A stretch of DNA of 64,000 nt from Orbicella franksi. Taxonomy: Eukaryota. Made by a program: the position numbers and the translations under genes. Positions 32,401 through 44,500 of this stretch are shown here, piece by piece (position 1 is the first letter of the stretch; each line of letters opens with the position of its first letter). The notes under the pieces are model-generated. The model made no database searches. It worked only from the letters and a program-made list of their open reading frames with translations, and was not told where the DNA came from. The stretch is taken from NCBI GenBank assembly GCA_964199315.1, contig OZ116702.1:32922001-32986000 (forward strand), written 5' to 3'.

Positions 32401-35400
32401 AATTTCCACTTGTAAGTTGAGAAAAGCTGGAAAAATTAATGAACAACACAGTAAAAAAGTACTGTATAATAGCTTCTATTTGGATAGCAAGATATTATTG
32501 AACCACCTTGTATGCAGCTTACTAAACAGTACCACAGTTCAACCCGATAGCTTTCATATATATGTTCACACACTCTGGTTTTATCCAGACCTAGAAAAAC
32601 AGAACCACCAAGTACAGAGTATAATAAACAGTACCATGTAAAAGTGTTGCTCAATAGCATTCATATGAGTGGGTACACACTAGAGTGTCATCCAGACTTA
32701 TCTAAATAGAACCACCTTATACAGCATAATGGACAGTACCAGGTGAAAGTGCTGCTCAATAGCCTTCATCTGAATGGTTACACACCACGATTTTATTCAG
32801 ACCTACAAGTTAGATCTACTTTCCAAGGTTAGGTTTAAAAAAGTACCAGGTCTTGCTTAATTAGCTTTCATTACTTGAGTGGTTCTTATTTAGGATTTAG
32901 TTTACAGGGAAGAGGTATATGTTTAACACTTCTGGACCAAAGAGTTAAAGTAAGTACATTTCACTGCTCTATTTTCTTTACCTTTTAGTCTTTGCTTGTT
33001 CCTGACGGTCATTTTCCAAGTCTTTCTTTGGCGAGTCAAATGGACAACTCCCCAGAGGACCATCAAAATAAATCCTCGGCCACTCCTTCAACTCATGAAC
33101 CAATGGCTTGTAAGCACGACTATGATCCTCCACCTTGATAAATGGGGCATGCAGCTTTCGCACCTTGGGCTTGACACCCTGTTTTGCAACTCGTCCAGAA
33201 ACTAATGGCTTGGATGTTGGTTTCTTTTCAATGGTACCATACTGTTCCAACCTTTTTAACATCTTTTCCAGTGACATAATTTCTACACCCCAGTTTGTTG
33301 CATTAGCTATGACGTTACTGCTTCCACCCTTGTAGGTAATAGCTCCTTGGGCTGCTAGTGCTTTGCCACGCTTGTCATGTCTGGGGACAGCTGCGCCTGT
33401 TTGTTCAGCACCAACCGAGTCAGCACTCAATGGAGATGGTACAGCAGACCCTTTTGCTGATGAACTAGGGGAATCACGATGAAAAAAAAAAAGAAAAATG
33501 TGAAAACTGCTTTTACATGCAGGTAACCATGACTAGAGAGTTGATTTTAGATAGCAATCTCAGAAGGATCATTTTAGTGACAGATTTTTTCAATATTTTA
33601 AGTTTAACTCCAGAGTGCCTATCAGCTTGAACACTGTGAGAGCATGCACGAGTGTGATTTTCTTCAGTTGCTCATCATTTTTTGAAAAACATGAAAAACT
33701 TAATAGTAAGCTGCCAGGCTTTTGCTAATTTTTACACCAGGTTTTCTTTCTTTTGTGGAGGCATGGTGGCTTCATGGTTAGTGCAGTTGTGTTGTGTTCT
33801 TGAGTAAGACACTTTGCTCTCACAGTGCCCCTCTCCACCCAAGTGTATAAAGGGGTACTGGTGAATTGAATGCTGGGGGTAACCTTGTGATGGACTAGCA
33901 TCCCATCCAGGGGGGAGTAGAAACACTCCTTGTTACTTCATGCTACTGAAACCTGAGACAAGTGCTGGCCTGATGCAGGGCTGTGATTAAGGGCCGTAAC
34001 CCGTAACACCTGGTACGGCTGAGCATGCTTGATGGACCCTTGATGTTACAGGTGAAGTGGACTATAGTTGATACAATTCATCTCAAAGGTAACAAGTTTG
34101 TTGCAGGTGTGAAGATCAAGGCTACAGTTGAATCAGCCCTGTGATGGGCCACTTGGCTCATGCACAGACGTTATTTCTCTTACCGGTAATTCACTACAGT
34201 AAGAAAGACAACAAGACTTCAAAAGCAAATTCAAGAGGTCATGTTAAATTTTCTACCTTTTTGTGTTCCCAGGAAATGGACTTGGAATTGACAAGATGGG
34301 ACTTGGTGTGGAGTTACTCCTGGGTGAACAGCGTGTGCTGGCATCTTTACTGGTTGTTACAACACAACTGATGTCCTTGCTTAAAAATTCTTCAACAGTC
34401 TGTTTCATAATAAAGAGAATTCAAGAATTCAAAATTTATATTCAGAAGCACTTTACCTTATTAGAGTCAAGTTCATAGTTTCAATGTATATGTATTTTAA
34501 ATCCTCTACTGTATTTTGACAAACCTACATCACTGTCAGGCTTAAGTACAGTACATACATGTACAATGAATTAAACAAATAAATTAAGTACTCTTGCCCT
34601 AACAATGTACATACAGCTGTAGCAAATTCTAAAAAATTTATCAGCGTGTGGTCTATGTGGAATTCTGCTTTCAGTATAGAGCAATCATTTACTGAATGCC
34701 ATATTCTAGCCCTGAGGGTGGTATCCTATTACTGTAGCTAATGCACCGGACTCTAAATAAAGTGGCATTGCAGTCTAATTTTCTGCACTGGCAAATGTCA
34801 CTGCATAGGGTAGTCTGGGGGCATGCTCCCCCATAAAAATGTGAAATCTAGAAGCTTGGAAATGCTATTTTGTGCATTCTCCATGAGATATTTTGACAAA
34901 TAATTGAAAGTTGTAAATTTATTGTAAATTTTATGAGTCCATAAGCACATTAGATCCTATGTTAAACAACCCCACAAGCTCCGTGGCTTTGAAAACTATC
35001 ATTTTAAAATAACGGTTGATTGATTGATTGAAGTGTAAAATGATAAGTATTTTTAGAGCTTACAATGATATTTTTGATGTTTTGTTAACTTGATGCATAT
35101 CTCGCTACTTCTGCTATCTTGATTTAATATGTTCAGTGAAATCTAAGGAGAGTACCAAGCCCCATCTGGAATCACGAACTCTCTCCAAGTTTCTCCTCAC
35201 ATTGTTTAATCAAAGAGGCTGCTAACCACGCGGAGAAAATAGAGGACTGTAAACGGTCTCTTGTCTTTTAATTGCTATCCTTTTGATTGCTCTTTCGTCA
35301 AGATGAGCGAATCAGTTGTGAAAAGTTGCACAGGTAAACTAATCAGAGTAAAGTTCGAACTATCTACACATAACACTCCACAACAAATATAATATTTTTT

Positions 35401-36551
35401 TTTGGGGGGGGGGGGGGTGAGGGGGGCAACTGCCACCTTCGTTCCTGCACTACATATAGCTATGGCCTTGTCCCAGGAGATTAAATTGCATGGTGACATA
35501 ATTTAAAGGTCATACATTGCAACACCTGTTATGACTGAGATGTTATGGGTGAACTTGTTTGCTGTTGATATAACTGTTACAGGTGTAAAGATCAAGACTC
35601 ACAATTTGATGACAGCCTTGCAATACAGAGTAGCATACTGGCAAACTGCCTGGCCCACTTTATTCCAAGGTAAAGTTGCAAAATAAGCTTCCTGAGCAAT
35701 TATTCAAGGTATAAATAATGAAATAAAGAAAGGCAGTAAACTTTAGGGGAATTTCATCAAGAAGATTCCTCACTCTTACCCCTCCTAATTCCTTTATTCG
35801 AGCTTGCAAACTGTGCACTTTCCTATAACCTTGAAGATCCAAGTAGAATGTCTCGCCTTTTAAAGGTGCCTGCTGAAATTCAAGCCTTCTCTTTCCTCTG
35901 GGACTTATTTCTTGAAACAGGAAGGAGAAAATAAATTTCACAACTGGACTGAACAAATGAAAGTCTGTGCAGAAACTAACCTTATGCATACATTCCAAGA
36001 ATCAACATGGAAACATCAACTATTCCTTGTAAGTGCATGCACAATACAATTCATTCCAGCGAAATCTTTGCATGTCGCCTCAAAATGAAGCGGTTGAATC
36101 TTACTACACTGAAGCACCACTCTTGGGAATTGAGATCAATATGCAAGAGTTCAATCAATTTCAGACGATTTATACATCACACAACACAGATTTGATCTGT
36201 TTTGCGGAAAGTGCAGCGCAGCAAAATGGTTGTGATAACATTTAAGGTCCTGTTTTCCGACATCAACATAAAATCAGACCAAGATCCTAAACGCTTAGTG
36301 AAAACAAATTCATGTCCACGGCCGTAAACGCCAAAACAAAAGAAATTAACACCATAAGCGTCTTTCGCGTCTACAAGCGTAGGGGCCCGAGATTCAATTG
36401 AAACGAACTTCAATAGATGCATCAAAGAAGCGTTTTTGTTCCACTTACTGCATTTTCTCGACAGTTCATTCACTGATGGAGTCTTCGTTCTTCTTCGAGG
36501 ACTTCGACGAACAGCATTCACTGGCATCGACACTCGACGGTTGGAAGACAT
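26471..36551 (-). CDS. DBF4: DBF4 (CDC7 kinase activator), extended form, ~1,869 aa. Exons: 36551-36353, 35910-35780, 34399-34257, 33464-32982, 32357-32279, 31368-31211, 30887-26471
   Basis: Motif N/BRCT-like PLKGETFYLDL...IKELGG|TVEEFLSKDISCVV; motif M KLHAPFIKVEDHSRAYKP...CPFD; motif C zinc finger KKRGYCECCCVHYEDLDK|HLHSDRH. Junctions are phase-compatible (5,610 nt). DBF4 versus DBF4B paralogy is not resolved. Confidence 0.9.
31399..31545. mobile_element. Hairpin MITE in a DBF4 intron
   Basis: CCATGCCATAGAAAATACAG and CTGTATTTTCCATGGCATGG are inverted repeats. Confidence 0.75.
31640..31880 (+). mobile_element. Deleted non-LTR retrotransposon (LINE) reverse-transcriptase remnant
   Basis: VTCGISQG (degenerate GVPQG RT motif) is juxtaposed to a LINE ORF2 C-terminal-like stretch, LNIPLFRTASGQTTFQYRETSLWNELQ...FKQLL. 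Confidence 0.6.
32065..32250 (-). mobile_element. tRNA-headed SINE
   Basis: Minus strand TAGCTCAGTTGG (A box) and GGGTTTGACTCCC (B box), followed by a non-tRNA body; no complete acceptor stem. Confidence 0.7.
33757..34170 (+). mobile_element. SINE family B copy interrupted by a nested insertion
   Basis: The SINE tail GGCCTGATG|GGCCACTTGGCTC is split by the element at 33976-34141. Confidence 0.8.
33976..34141. mobile_element. 166-bp non-autonomous DNA transposon with a 5-bp TSD (hAT5-like)
   Basis: Termini CAGGGCTG and CAGCCCTG; exact TGATG duplication at 33971-33975 and 34142-34146; a diverged relative at ~35505-35620. Confidence 0.75.
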
Positions 36552-36719
36552 AATTCGTGGCTCTTTGAAGGAAGATCGCGCTTGATATATCCTCTGATGA
36601 TAACTGCTGTTAAGAGGTAATCATTGATGTCGACGAAAGGGAACGATTGAGGGAGAGAGAAAGAAAAACGGCGAAAGATCTAGGCTTAAACAAACCGATG
36701 TTCAGCTGTTTTCACATGG

Positions 36720-36770
36720 CGCTTTCCCGGGCTTGAAATAACTGATTTTTTCATGCAAGCGCGGGAAATC
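36720..36770. promoter_or_regulatory. Candidate E2F site (plus CHR-like motif) upstream of DBF4
   Basis: GCGGGAAA (TTTCCCGC on the minus strand) at 36761-36768; TTTCCCGG next to CTTGAA at 36723-36737; ~170-220 bp upstream of the ATG. Confidence 0.4.
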
Positions 36771-38948
36771 CCATCATGCGTTGCAGCCGTATGAGGCTCC
36801 GCTGACCTGAAGAACCCATCACGCAAAATCAACGCAAAGTCACGCAAAAGTTTTTCCATTAATTTTCTCCGCGCGGGGCCGGGTTGCTCCATCGTGAAAG
36901 CTTCACTAAAAAGGTAAATATAGAGATTCCTATGTATTCACTTACTTTAAGAGAGTAGTTTCATCCAAGGTAGTTTCTGCTGATTTCGTAAATGTCCGCA
37001 TCCAACACGGACGCTCATTGTAAATACGCACCCGAAATTTTACAAATGCATTGCTAATGTAATGATTCAGAAACCTTGAGGTTTTTCCAGTTGAAGAGAA
37101 CCTAGATAAGAAGCTATGTAAACGGTAGCACGGGACGCTGGGAAAAACTGAGAGGGAGACAGAAAGGAGAAGGGGGAAGTTATCCGATGGACAGGGATAA
37201 AAGTCTATTATGACACCACAAGGACAGGGATTGATGAGAAATAAAAGCTAAGAAGCGCTCATCATACCACCCCCCCCCTCATTAATATGCAGGGAGCAGA
37301 ATATGCATCACCAATTCTCTCTTTGCCTTGCTCAGTCTTCTTCCTTTAGCCTATGCACAGCTACAGTGCACTCACCTATTTAGCTAAGGAATGAGTTAGA
37401 GTTAAACACAGAATTGAATTATGTATTAGTTCTGCAATGTTTTAATGTGCACATAGAACATTGTGTGGTTCCAGAAAATATCTGTACCCACCCCAAGGAG
37501 TGTTATAGGAAAAAAGGCAAAATTTTTTATAGGAAACTATGAACCAAAACTGCATTTTCCAGAGGGCTATTAGTTAGTTTCTGGAACAACACATTGAAAA
37601 GGCATGTAAGTTCACTTTGATGTTTGTGAATGAGGTACAGAATTGGAAATTGAATAATATTTTGCTACAAACTGGGAATTTCTGGAGGAATGTGCAGATA
37701 TGGTTGTATCCCAATAGCTGCAAATGAGACTAAAAGTAAGAGTGGTTCTTATTATAATTATTATTGAATCAAACTTGACAACCGCACAATAATAATAAAT
37801 TCTTCAAATATAACTTTACTTTTTGTGTGTTATTCCTAAATAAAAATTGCATTCATTTTTGACAATAACTCCCAGCAACATACATGTACTGGTAAAATTA
37901 ACCTTGTCAACATTGTCTTTAAAACTCAGAACGTAATTTCATCATTTTGACACAACATCCGTTGCTAAAAACTCCTGACCATAGATTTGTACATAAAATG
38001 GCTCTCAGTCCTGACATTTCTCTTTCCAAAACACCTACAAATAATAGACAACAAGGCAATATACAAGAGAAACTATATATAACATTATTATATTAAATAT
38101 TCACAAAATATATGATCCATTTTGCAACAAAACGCAACCTCTTCATATTAGAATTGAAACACCAACTAACAGATTTGTGTTAAAAATATACAATGTCTTG
38201 ACTCTTGAGCACACATTTGCATAATTTGTAATTTAATCAAAGTACTTGTGAAAGTTTATTTTTGATTCAGTTTTATTAACATGTAAATACATTATCTAGT
38301 ATTGTAGGCTTGCAATGCAACCTTTTGTACACACTGCATGCTTGATGCTAGATAATATTGCAAGTTGATATGTGTGGCACCAAATGGGTTAGAGAAAACC
38401 AGTTCCAAAAGCCATCCAGTTCCTGACACATGTGAACAATTCATTCACATCTGTAACAGTCATTTAGACCATCTGGGATTTTTGCCAAGCTTCAGAGCCA
38501 GAGTACACCTTCAGGAAGGCGCCATGAAATAGGCCACATTTGTATTCTTGGCATTGGACTGGAACTGGCTTGCAATTGCTGCTAATGCGGGGAATCTTTT
38601 CGAATGCAAATGGAATTTATCTCTTTTTAATGACATTTCCTCCGCATGAGCCTCCATTGCAAGCTACTTCCAGTCCAATACCGAGAATACAAATATGGTC
38701 TTCTACATCTAATGAATATTACTAAAGACATTTTGATAGTAGCAATGAAACTAATTTAACTCAACCAGTTTTATACTGAATATATTAGGTCCTGTGTCGT
38801 ATAGTGACAGTGACATGCCTGCAAAAATATTCATGTATACTGATACACGAAGATTCTGGTTATGTGATGCATTGGGGAATATGAGACGATATCTAACTTT
38901 CGTGAGAGTGAGTAGGATTTCAGTGCACATCACCTTGGAAGGGCTGGC

Positions 38949-41506
38949 TTAGAAAAAAGCAGGACATGTGTGCTCAATAACACAGTTCTTGCAATGCTCT
39001 CTTATGTACATGAAGGTTTCATAGCTGATGTTGCATTCCTGCAAGTTTAAGTACTGCACACTGCAACACTGTGCTGCAATAGTCTTGACTCCAGTGTCAG
39101 TCACACGTTCGCATCCTCGTATACTGAGCTTTTTCAGTTGAGGACAGTGTATGCCTATAATGTGAAGGCCATTGTCTGTGATGTCACACTTTCCTGCATC
39201 AAGAGATCTCAGCTTCAAGCAGTTTTGAACAATGTGAGTGATGCCAACATCTGACACAGCTTCACATCCTCTGATGTTCAAGTACTTTAACTTTACACAA
39301 TGCTTTCCAATGTACTTCATAGCAGTGTCTGTCACTGGACATTTCGCTGCACTCAGATATTTCAGACTTGGACAGTTCTTGGCAATTTCCTTCAAACTAA
39401 AATCTCTAACTTTGTAGCAGTCACTAACACTGAGCTCTTTCAGGTGAACACAATGCTGTGCAATATGTTTGACACCAACATCTGTGACACGACTGCACCT
39501 GCGGAGATACAAATTCTCCAGTAAACCACAACTGAGACCCACTACTCTCATTCCCAAGTCATCAAAAGCGACACAGTCACTTAAGTCCAAATGCCGCAAC
39601 TGGAGAAAAGTTCCGTGATGTCCCAAGCCAAATCCATTAGCCACTGGGGCTGATATGCTGTTCACACAGGTGCAACCACTGGTATCGAGATGGCTAAGGG
39701 TGTGGCAATTCAGTAATATGTCATGAAGACCCTTGCTTGTGATACAACAACAGCCAGAGACATCAAGCTCTTCCAAGTCTATGCAAAATCGTGCCACAAA
39801 ACCCAAACCTTTGTCAGAGAGAAGTTCGCACCCATTTAATTTAACTGAGTGCACTGTGATGCAATAACCTTGTGTGTCCATAGCTAGTTTTGCCAAAATG
39901 TTCCGTAAAACTTTGTTGATGTCGCTGCCTTCATAATTGGCAATTTGGATTGTTGACCACAGTACTGGATCCCAGCAGAGAGCCTGCCATTTTTGACAGA
40001 CACCTGATGCCTTGCAAAGGTCTTTTGTCGACAGGTAAGAAAGAATGAGAATCAAAATATCCTCAGGTAGATCGTTCAAAGAGTTGATCCCAAATGTTGA
40101 CTTTTTCCTGGGATAATGTGGAAATATGTCTTCAAACGCGCTGTGATCACTGATGGTTGTTGAATCGCTATCGTATCTCGCCCTTGGTGGAGGTGGTTTT
40201 ACTTTTTCCACTTTTGTAAGTCTGTTACGTAACTGAGCTTGCAAAGAGTCTTTCCTCTTAATTTTACGAGCTTCTTCCTCTGGTGAACTTTCATTGTAAC
40301 CAAGGCTAGTATTATTAGCATTTCTCCCTTTAGGAGAAGGCAAATCTGCATCATCTTCAACATGACCATTTGAGGTTCCTGGTAATTTGGCCGTAGAAGA
40401 AAGAAGCCCGTTAGATTTGAAGTTCACACCTTTCAAGATTAGGTTCCCATGATCTCTGACAGAAACACTGAATTTGTCCTTCTCAGAAGACATGGTGGAA
40501 ATAGGTTCAGTGAAAGACTGTGATGAAGTGCTTTGGACACTATCAGTGTCTGTTGGCCAGTTGTTTGACTTACGTCTTCCACCAGGATTTGTCTGTAGTC
40601 TAACCGACGGTCCAAGTCTTTGTGCTAATTCCATGTCATTTCCACCATTTTGTCCTTTAGTTCTACCCTTATTTCCTCCCTTTTTGTACTTTCTTTTCAA
40701 TGACATATCCTCATTAGCTCCTATTTCTTCTCTTCTTTCTGCTTCCACAAATATTATTCGGTTTCGTGCCCTGAAATCACTGTCAGTGTCGGAGCTTGTT
40801 TTTGAAGATAAAGTTCCTTTCATGTTTGTTCCTGCTTGAACAAGTTTATCCAGTGAGTCAGTTGACGCACGGCTTAGCTTCTTTTGAAAGTCACCACTCT
40901 GGCCATTTTGCTGTTGCTTCCTTACTACTCTAGAATCCTGGTCCTGTGTATGAAATGTAGTGGCATCTCTTTGGTGATCGTGAACTCTCTGTTCTCCATT
41001 CATTTTGGTGAAGTCTCTCATATTCTTACCCTCTATTTTTGCAGCACTATTAGGTGGCCTTTGCCTTTCAGCTCTGCCTCTGGTTTCCATTCTTGCATTT
41101 GCCTGAGCACCAGCAGACTTGTGATTCACCATTGCAGGGTTTCCACCTTGCTGTGATCGTTCATTGCCTTGTCTATCCTCGCTATTTCTTAGAAACTCAG
41201 GCACGGCTAACTCTTCTCTGGGTATCATCAGCCCTTGACCACTCCTCGAGGAGAAATCTGGATCCTTAAGATTCCGCTTCACCACTGGAGATGTACCATT
41301 TTCATGATGGCGCTGTGTTTGAGTATCCTTCAAGAAATCTGGGACCTCATACTCCTTTAAAGGCATATGAATTGAACTTTCCCTGTGGTTGCTGTTGACT
41401 GGGACAGGACCATTCAGGTTTGACGTGGCAGTCTGGCCTGGTGTAGGAGAGAATTCCTTTCTGGGATGACCTTTTGGGGATTTCCCCTTTCTTTTCTTGT
41501 GTTTAT
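38949..41506 (-). CDS. FBXL7: F-box/LRR-repeat protein 7-like; large terminal coding exon. The first coding exon is uncertain (candidate 45661-45643, MYSTKQ, phase 1)
   Basis: F-box LPEDILILILSYLSTKDLCKASGVCQKWQALCWDPVLW; ~11 cysteine-containing LRRs; the C-terminus CVIEHTCPAFF matches the FBXL7 ending (IEHTNPAFF). Acceptor TTTGTTTCAG at 41507. Confidence 0.85.
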
Positions 41507-44500
41507 CTGAAACAAAACAGTCATTCTGTATGAGTAGAAATTTAGGAGCATACAAACAGGACTTACATGTAGACATTTAATTCCCAATAGTAATTATCAT
41601 CCAATTATCTTATAGTATCACTGTGGTGTTATCAACATCAAGACAGCAGACAGGTCTTGAAAGAATATTACCTCTTCTGTCTGATTGCAGTATATTTCTA
41701 ATGAGGAATGGACTACTGATTCATTTTTTCCTTTGAAGGTGTGGGGTGAGGGAAAAATGAGAGAAAAAAGGTGCAAAGCAAAACATAGAAGGAAATGAAA
41801 AAGGCAACTCCTGCACAACATGAAGTTGGAGAAACATTCATCATCAGAACAAATTTTCAACCTGCCCCTCAGGAAAATATGTTTACTCACCCCTAACTTC
41901 ATAAATGAATGCAGTTATTGTATTATTGTCTTTGGGAACTTGGTGTTGGAGGGTAGGTGCTTCTAACAGCCCTGTATGTCTGCCTTAAGTCCTGTAGCCC
42001 TATATTTTTTATGCTAGAATGTAGAATGTAGGACTGTACTACTAACAATAATTTTTTTTCTGTGTCACAACATCTGGCAAATAATTTGTTCTGTTTTCTC
42101 TCTCCATATTTATCCATCAACACAGAATCATGGGCATACAAAATAACATTTACTATAATTTAATTACTGTTTGGAGCTGACAAATTAATGATTGATGAAT
42201 TTCCCTAAAACAAAGTTCAACTTCATCGACAATTGCATGAAATGTGCCGTCTAGGACATGATCACTGTCAGAAATAAGAGAAGAAGTCACTGGAAATAGT
42301 TTTGAGCACTCATTGACAAGCAGGGAGTGGTTTAACCTTGTACTCAAAAAGGTCACTCATGAGAAGCTGTGAAAAAACGCAAAAATCTAAGATGCTTTTT
42401 ACATGTATATTGCAGAGGACAAATGCAAATTTCTTTGCTGTGGCAAAAATCTTAAAGAATATAATTAACTTTGAAAATGTCATAGTCTGTGGCTAAAAAT
42501 TTTCATCTACCTGTATGTTCTTTTACTCACAATAATTATAGTAACTTATATTAGACCTAAAAACTAATCAACCTTGTCAAAATATTTCATTATTCTCAAT
42601 GAACAACCAGTGATAACAAGATTATAAGTATAACAAAACATTCAAAGCAAAACATGATCAGCAATTGCTCCCCTGAAGAGCATATTGTCTTTAGACTTCA
42701 AACTTTTTGTGTGAACATGACATGTAAAGATAAACTTGACACTGGTGTTGCATTGTCAAGTCTTTTAATTAAATTCGTAATTCTATGAAAAATGCAAGCA
42801 GAGCTTGTTAGCACTTCCGCCCTTCATCTTCTGACAAGTCAAAGAATGTAGCTTGCTGTTTTATAATCACTCATACTTGATACCAATGGAGAGTTTGACA
42901 AAGAAAACCGGCATGTGAGCACATTTTCTAATTAATTGACAGAACAAGTTGCGTAACACTATTTGTTTGTGGCACAATGATTTTTTATTATCTTGTTAAA
43001 GATTAATACTTTGTTATGTGAAATCAATGAGGAATGAAGTCATTGTAGCCCAAACCTAAACTGCTTGGCCACACAGAAAGTAAGTTATACTTTGGAGCCT
43101 TTTACCAAAATCAGCGATGACAAGTTTTCCAGCCTGCATTAAATTTTGTGGCAAGGACATGAATTAGAGAACAATACTTACAAGTGCTAGGCCTTTCCAC
43201 AAATATCTTGTTACTTTTTTGGGGATATTTAGAAAATTTAGTTATATTCATATGGCTATTTTGGAATTAGCCCTGTGTTTTCCTCCCTGTCTTCTTGAAA
43301 CAGCACTCAATAATTTATATGCCAGAAACAATCTGGTTTAGTGATGTCCCCCATGAAAAATGTAATCTGCATCACTAAATGCACTAAAGCAGGAATTTTC
43401 CTAAATGGTAGATGCTGGTAATATCAAAGCATCTGAATCTTCCTCCCTGACTCCTACTACTGCAAGAAAAGTTGTAAAATTTTGGCCTAAGTGATTCAAA
43501 ACTGGCTTATCATCAATGTACAAATAAGAGATATTAAGAGGGTTTTTCCAGATATTTCGAAAAAAATTTAATTTGTGATATTCAGAAACATTTTTTGAGA
43601 ATTTCTGGAAAGATGTCTCTAGAGATGATTTTACATGATATTTGTGGAAAGGCCAGTAACTTGTGCTTTAATTTGCTGCCAGGTTTTAGAAACATTATGC
43701 CTAAAGTAATGTTCTGCAAGATACAAATGCTTGGCTGACATTTTATGTGTGTATGGAATGAAACATTATTATGCCATAACACTTGTCAATAAATTGAAAA
43801 TGCTGATTTAAACATATCAATTTCTCAATTTCTATCTAAAATAAATAAATCAATAAATCAGCAAAAAAATAAATACAGTACTATGGATACAGTATTTTAC
43901 TTTTTCATATGTTAAAGTTTCAATCACCATAAAATATAGAATGGCAAATCTTAATGAATGTGAGCATGTTTAACCTTGATGCCAGGCACTGTTCAATGGC
44001 AAAGAGTTACCAGATGAATATAGACACATTAAGTGACCGTTGCAAAAATATTCAGACATGATGCTGAAATGAAAGGTTGAGAGTACATCCAGCTACTTTG
44101 GATTCAGGAACCAAATCCAGTACAGATCGACACCAGTAAACTAAAGAGTTCAGTAAAAGGCAAGAAATCCTAAATTGGTAGATTGAAACAATTTTCCAAA
44201 AGAGTTTTAATTGGTTGATGGATCACAAGTAGTCAAAACGAAAGAAAGTGCCATACACATGCCCAGGCACAAAACCTAAGCATCGAGAGTGAATATGACC
44301 TCAGACACATTCATCTTGAAAAATTCAGGACATTTTGGCTGAAAGAGTGCACATAAGTTTCGAAAACACCCCAGTTATATGGTTTGAACTTATAAAGCAT
44401 TGAAATTAAGCCTCTCGTGAGTGGTTCACAGAGTTAGTACACAAGGGTAAAGTTTGACAGATTTCCTGCTCTGATACAAACTAATCAATCCATACCCACA

